Shown: in pieces, positions 57,796 through 64,000 of the stretch | Position numbering within the stretch: the first letter of the stretch is position 1 | Layout: every line of letters starts with the position of its first letter | Source of the DNA: the human T2T-CHM13v2.0 reference genome, Homo sapiens | Assembly (NCBI RefSeq): GCF_009914755.1 | Contig: NC_060927.1 | Strand: one strand, 5' to 3' | DNA: 64,000 nt | Made by a program: the position numbers and the translations under genes | Notes under the pieces: generated by a model | What the model saw: the letters and a program-made list of their open reading frames with translations, nothing else | What the model was told of the DNA's origin: nothing | The model's database searches: none

Positions 57796-58413
57796 TGTTA
57801 TAATAGATTAATCTGGTACTACTCCTTAGATGCATGCCTTTGCCTTGTGAATTTACAGTTTCTCTAATAAAGAGTCAGAATCTATTTCCCCTCCCCTTGA
57901 ATCTGGGCTGGCCTTGTGACTTTCCTTAGCGATTAGGATGTTAGCCAGCAAAAATAGAGGTTTGAAATGTGTTTATGTGATAGAACTTGTTCATTCACAC
58001 ACTTCTGTTATTGCCATGGGAATATGCCAGAGCCAGCCTGCTAGAGGATGAGAGGCACAGGGCCCAATTGCCAATGTGACCCCAGCCAATAACCAGCTGA
58101 CCCCAAGACATGTGAATGAGCTCAATCAAGAACAGAAGGATCACCCAATCAAGCCCAGTATAAATTTCTTTAAAAAAATAGAGACAGAGTCTTGCCGTGT
58201 TACCCAGGCTGGTCTCAAGCTCCTGGGCTCAAGCAATCCTTCCATCTTAGCCTCCCAAAGTGTTGGGATTGCAGGTGTGAACCCCCAAAGCTGGTCAAGC
58301 AGTATAAATCTCTGACCCACAGACTCATGAGCTAAATAAATGCTTATTGTTTTAAGTCACTGAATTTTAGAGTGGTTTGTTAAACAGACAATGGTGTCAA
58401 TAAATAGCTGAGA
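57796..58413 (+). mobile_element. MLT1G/H-like LTR nested in MLT1K
   Basis: atttcccctccccttgaatctgggctggccttgtgact...gacccacagactcatgagctaaataaatgcttattgttttaag. Confidence 0.8.
58166..58296 (-). mobile_element. FLAM-type Alu monomer nested in MLT1G/H
   Basis: gagacagagtcttgcc...ggtctcaagctcctgggctcaagcaatcc; perfect TSD cagtataaat (58156-58165 / 58300-58309). Confidence 0.88.
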
Positions 58414-58562
58414 GTGTTCTTTTCCCATTATTTGCAGCCAAGGGAGTCTAAATATATTAGTGCCCATATGGGATCCCACACAGCTGCTGGTATTTCTCTC
58501 ATTATCACATTTAATGTGCTCTTTTGTAATTGATATTTACCTATCTGTACATCCTTCCAAAC

Positions 58563-58770
58563 CAGCACTGTCCAACAGAACTCTTACAAAGATAGAGACA
58601 CTCTATTCTGGCATTGTCCACAATGACAGCCACTAGCTACGTGTGGCTACTGAGTACTTGAAGTGGGCCTGGTATGATTAAGAAATGGAGTTTTGAATTT
58701 CATTTAATTTGGATTAGTTTAAGTTTAAATAGCCACCTGCAGTTAGTGCCTAGCATATTGAACAGCACAG
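58563..58770. mobile_element. MER3 (hAT-Charlie)
   Basis: cagcactgtccaacagaac...gccactagctacgtgtggctactgagtacttgaa...ttaaatagccac...ttgaacagcacag. Confidence 0.85.
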
Positions 58771-59068
58771 CCCTAATATCTAAACTCTTTAAAAGCAGGA
58801 GTTGTATCCATCTTGTTCATTATCACATGTCCAGGGGAAGAGATGGGGTTAATAATTTTTTATGATAAGGAAATATATTCTTCTAACTTCCTTAGGAATT
58901 TCTCACTCCCTGGTAAGTAGACCCATCAAACCTAATGAGGTAAATAACCTTAGATGTCACCAATTTTCATAAGCACCATAAACCACTCAGCAACATTTTG
59001 TCTGGGGGACAATACTATCCTGGTCACAACACCCCAAACTCCAAAGATTTAGTACTGTTATTGGCTAG

Positions 59069-59432
59069 TGTATTAGTCTGTTTTCACACTGCTGATAAAG
59101 ACACACCCAAGACTGGGCAATTTACAAAAGAAGAGGTTTAATTGGACTTAAAGTTCCACATGGCTGGGGAAGCCTCACTATCATGGTGGAGGTCAAGGAG
59201 GAACAAGTCGCATGTTACATGGATGGCAGCAGGCAAAGGGCGCTTGTGCAGGGCAATTCCCATTTTTAAAATCATCAGATCTCTTGAGACCCATTCACTA
59301 TCACAAAAACAGCACAGGAAAGACCCACCCCCATAATTCAATCATCTCCCACTTGGTCCCTCCCACAACACATGGGAATTATGGGAGCTACAAGATGAGA
59401 TTTGGGTGGCGACACAGAGCCAAACCATATCA
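59069..59432 (-). mobile_element. THE1A-like solo LTR
   Basis: tgtattagtctgttttcac...gacacagagccaaaccatatca; perfect TSD gctag/gctag. Confidence 0.95.
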
Positions 59433-60509
59433 GCTAGTAAGCAAAAAGGAACTTTCTGGATAAATCCTAAGCAAACATGAAAGTACAGTTGTTCCTACCA
59501 CATGTGTTTCTTTTCAATGACAAACAGACCCTAAGATGTGTCCTGCTTCTGGTTAGAGGATAACCTCCAGGAGGCCCAAAGGAGAGGGAAGCAGCAGGAT
59601 TAATTCTTAAGTAGCTCAAACACCACAGGAATTAGAACTCTCAGAGAAGCACCTGCCTTAATCCCTTCCAGTGTTGGGAATATTGGAGCAGATGCCTCTA
59701 CAAGTGCTCAAGGGTGTGGTACGAAGTGGCTGGGTGGAAGGAAAGATGAGAGTTAAGTTTCTAAGATAGAGTGTTCAACCTCACAGGTGACCAAAGGACC
59801 TCACAACCAGCCCAATTCCTGATTTGTGCCAGGCAAAAGCAAGAGGACTCTGAATTGCTTTCACATATCTAGAACTCTTTTTGTTCTTCCTAAGATGTTA
59901 TTGGTTTTTTAGAAAGACCTTTCCATTTCTGTGATACAGAAGTAAGAGTCCAAGGTGTTAGCTGAAAACAGTGCTTACCATGTAAAAGAGGCCCGAAAAA
60001 TACTTAAATAACTGCTATAAAAATAAGTACTGTTGTTTGCAATACTTCATATTAAACAATGGCCATCTCTCAAGAAGGCAGAAAGGAGGTTGAACTTACT
60101 TTTTTGTGATATTGAGTTGCCCTCTTTGTGTCTTCTGCATATATATTAGAGGCGTTATAGAAAAAATACTTTCTAAGCCATATGTTGCAAGTCATAAGTA
60201 CAGGATGTTTTTCTAGCCAAATCTCATCCAACTCAGAAATGCTTTCAGGGTTCTTCAGGCTCACTTTTCATACCATGGTGTGTCTCATTATTCAAGATCA
60301 GCTGGAGCCCAGAAGTGACTCAGTCCACTTGAATCACTGAGATTTGAGGGATTTGAGCTGAGCATAAAAGGGCAAAAAATTAACTGTGGCCAAACAGAAG
60401 GTGACAAATTCTCATAAAGGAATTATATACCTTTTAAGTTTTGATTAAAGAGATGGATGCTGAATATACTCCCAGAATAATAACAACATGAATATCACTG
60501 ATCACAGTA

Positions 60510-60770
60510 CCCATATTAACAATAACTTATTGCTTAATATATGCTCAGCACTTTAATAAGTACTTTACAAGTACTCTCTCACTTGTTCTTCAAAAGAACC
60601 TTTGCATTAGGGACCATCAACATATTCAGTTAATGAACGAAGAAACTGGGGCTCAGAGATTTAAAAAAAAAAAAAAATTGTCCAAGGTCACACTCCTAGA
60701 AAGTGGGAGAGTCAAGATTCAAAGCCAGGTCCTCTGGCTAGGAGGCCCAGGCTCTCAACCACTGAGTCAT
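60510..60770 (-). mobile_element. MIR
   Basis: gaaactggggctcagagat...tgtccaaggtcacactcctagaaagtgggagagtcaagattcaaagccagg. Confidence 0.8.
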
Positions 60771-61723
60771 AGGATTGCTGCTTGGTAACTGCCTTAAAGC
60801 CTTGGAAAGCCAAATACCGCAGCAACGTGAATCCCTAGGAAGCTTAGTCAATGTTTTCTTAACAACCCTAACTGCACCTGAAAACAAGTAAACATTAAAA
60901 ACTGCGTTTTGGAGGGTTTTTTTTTTTTTTTTTTACACACCAGGAAGTCTAGACACCTGCCTTTGTATATTTTCTGGAGGGGGGAAAAATAGACTCATTG
61001 TATGAAATTTATTTCAACCATTTAGGGAGATTTTAGTAAAGATAGGTTACATTTGCTATTCAGCAGTGAGACATAAATGTTTAACACAAGGTCTTCCTCC
61101 TCACCCACCCCTCCCCTACGGATGCTTTGAATAATGCAAAGTCTGTTTTAAGCTCTGCTGATTTACTCAAGAAAAGGGTCAGAATATTTTGAAATGTTGG
61201 TCATACAATCTGGCATACGGAGCATTAAAACTTAGGGTAAAACTCAACAAGCTACTTCCTGTCTGCTGCTTCTCGAGACTTCATGGGCTCATAACACTTA
61301 ATAAAAAAAATGAGCTGTAAATAATACCTGATTTAAACTGCATGTCTCATTAAATGAACTAGACATTTGGAAGATCTTTTCATTCTTGCCGGAGAGTATA
61401 TAAGCCTTTTGTGCATAATATGTTAACTTCCTGCTCTTTGAGGACTATGTGCTAGACACTTCACTCTTGGCTTGATTCCGATGAACTGATTGATAGTCAA
61501 ACATCTTTGATCCACAAAACTGCAATTTCATATGGTCTACCTAACAAATGCTTTACATGTTTTATCTTCTAATCCTTACAACAACTGGTAAGGTAAGTCC
61601 TCTTACTCTTCCAAGTTCATTCATATATCAACTCCAGGAGGACAGAAACTCATGGGCTTTATCACTGCCAAGTCTTAAGTGCTTAAAATGGGACCTAGCA
61701 TATAGTAGGTGCTCATTAATTAT

Positions 61724-62022
61724 TGGATGAATCACTATATGCATGGATGGATGGATGAATGGGTGGATGAATGAATGGATGGATGGATGAGTGGGTGGAT
61801 GAACATGTGAATGAATGGATGGATGGGTGGGTGGGTGGGTGGGTGGGTGGATGGATGGATGGATGGATGGACGGATGAGTGGGTGGATGGATGGATGAGT
61901 GGGTGGATGAATAGCTGAATGGATGGATGGATGAGTAGGTGGGTGGGTGGCTGGGTGAATGGGCGGTTGGTAGGTAGGTGGGTGAATAGATGGACAGATG
62001 GATGAATGGGTGGATAGATGGG
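61724..62022. repeat. (GGAT/GAAT/GGGT)n simple repeat grown from an L2 3' tail
   Basis: Follows cctagcatatagtaggtgctcattaattattgg (L2 end); directly visible tetranucleotide array. Confidence 0.95.
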
Positions 62023-64000
62023 AAACTAAAGCCTAGGTAGATCATTCAGCAAGAAATTGGCCAAGCCAGGCTTTGAACCCAGGTCTGCATGTTCCTGTGA
62101 TTGTCCTGCAAAGCCTTTCATTCACTAAGCATGCAACCGGTTAAAGAGAGAATGCACCAATTGCAACTCTCATTTCTAGTCCCATGACCTTTCTCTAAAA
62201 GTCACTCCCTGTGTATGTGGGCAGAGGAAGAACCTGGGACATCCTGTGGCAACACAGCCAACTGTCTGCTCAGGCCTTTCCAGGCCCTAGATATTTGGGT
62301 CAAGAGGGACAGCAGAGGGGCAACCGTGCTGCAAAGAGTTTCAAATGCCCTTGATACTGAAAAGATGGGAAGGGCGTGGGAATAGCCAGAGGTTACATGG
62401 AAGGACAAACATCACAACTGGAGGAGACTGAGGTGGAGAGGAGGCCTGAGATTGCACGTGCAGACCTGTGGAACTGTTTCCACATTATCCACATCAGGCT
62501 GCAATGCTTCATTAAGTGGGGCCCCCAAGGGTTAACCAGGAAGGTGGAGGGGACAGAACAGAGCAGGGGAAAATAAATCTTGAGGAGGAGGAAGAAGGGG
62601 AAGAAACTCGGGCTGGAATCACTTTGTTTTATGAATAGTTTATGAGGCGTATCAGGAGTCACCCTAACGGGCAAGGGCTGGAATGTTTTCTAACTTTAAA
62701 GTGAAAGCCGCCCACCAGGCTGCGAGAGTGGGAGCGGCAAAATATGAAAAACACGGAGGCCCCTCTCTGCACTGCCCATCTATCTTGTAAACCATGGATC
62801 TCCAAGGCGCATATACTAGCAAATGTGTCTCACTTGGGATGCTAAAACCACCTTGGAGTTTTACACAGCCACTGTGCCCAGCTAAATGTTTTCAGGCGAC
62901 TTCTCTCTTGCCTGGAAAAGTATCATGGGTGGACCCTGCGGCTGAGGAGACATTTGGAGGGGAGGACCACAGAGCCGGGTGTGGCACGGGGTGGTGGGGG
63001 GGCAGTGCTTACATCTACACCAACTGCATATACACTGGTCACCATGGAGCAAGGAGGAAGTACAGCCAGGACTAGGTGGTCTTGCTGTGGAGCTAAAGAA
63101 CACACAAGAAGCCTCAGAAAGAAATCTTTATTTGTCCAAATGAGCTTGATGCCTTTAGCAGTTCTCTCTCCACCCACAGGCAAAGCCACAGGCGCCCCAT
63201 AAACTGACCCCACTATCCAAGGCCTTGGGGAAACATTTCCTCCATGCCTTCCCCAACCCCTGGACTCCAGGTCTCAGGATGGAGCCCCACACCTCCGTGG
63301 TTGACCTGCCTTTGTCTAGGCTGCTCCTATGCCCTTGCCCATCCCTACAACTTATCCCAGCAACATCCCTTGGGTTCTTGAGGCCAATGTCCAAGATTCC
63401 CCTTTGCCCCACTGTCCAGGCAGTGTCTGTGCTCACACTCACTTCTGGATTCAAGCCACGGTCTGACCCTGAGCCTCCTGCTTGCTTGGAATGTGAATTC
63501 AGACTTTAGTCAGCAGGCTAATGCAAGGGACACCGCTGGTGCACAGGCTGCAGATTAAGGGCGGGGAGACATCCCATTATTGGGTGCACATTCTCAGCCT
63601 CCACCCTAACACACTGCCCTCTCCTCTTCCATTCACAAGCCCTGAAAATCTGGCTTTCCAAGACATCCCCCTACCCAAGCTGCTCTAACTCAGTGGAAAT
63701 TCAAGCCAACGTTTCTTCTTGATAAGGTTTTCTCTTATGCTGAGTTGAAAAGGTTTTTGTCTTTTTTTTCCCCCTTCCAGAAAGGTTGGAGAGTTATTCG
63801 GAAGGTCTAGTATGTGCTGGTGTCCTTGCAATCACACCTGCTCTGCCTCAGAACATGCTGTTCTTTATGTTGGGGTAGAGTCTGTATATCTACTTGAGAA
63901 GACCCTGCTACCCTCTGGCACTCTCATGGCTCATCCTGGAATACGAACTATTCCTCATAGGAAATGGATAATACAATATCAGTGAAGATATTAAACATAG

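Larger units (their letters stand above)
57326..58460 (+). mobile_element. MLT1K-like LTR split by an MLT1G/H insertion
   Basis: cagtgactggttcacagatggccacatgagtcaacccaggccaatgag...ttaagccagtttga [insert] tatttgcagccaagggagtc. Confidence 0.7.

Noticed and set aside
61716-62045. Pro/His/Ser-rich 109-aa ORF
   Set aside because: Translation of the (ATCC/ACCC)n simple repeat.

Overview
This is non-coding anthropoid-primate (most likely human) genomic DNA, either intergenic or deep intronic. It carries AluS elements, Alu monomers, THE1A-D solo LTRs, an L1PA/L1PB 3' end, older L1M fragments, many MIR and L2 remnants, MLT1/MER21/MER61/LTR1 LTRs and hAT MITEs (MER20, MER58A, MER5A, MER3). I found no convincing host exon, RNA gene or CpG island. 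The only protein-like ORFs are decayed L1 ORF2 pieces. Subfamily calls come from my recollection of consensus sequences and need RepeatMasker/Dfam confirmation. Features not explained by a repeat annotation are: (i) a diverged 411-bp direct duplication (48715-49125 / 56612-57022); (ii) two flank-templated fold-back insertion scars inside L1 remnants (about 32828-32896 and 40959-41033), resembling polymerase-theta end-joining footprints; (iii) an Alu at 33119 with no target-site duplication (TSD) that replaces about 0.3 kb of its host L1; and (iv) repeat-free, motif-dense blocks (about 53100-53800, 44100-45100, 35640-35760) that look like enhancers or conserved non-coding elements. I cannot support a novel gene system from this sequence alone.
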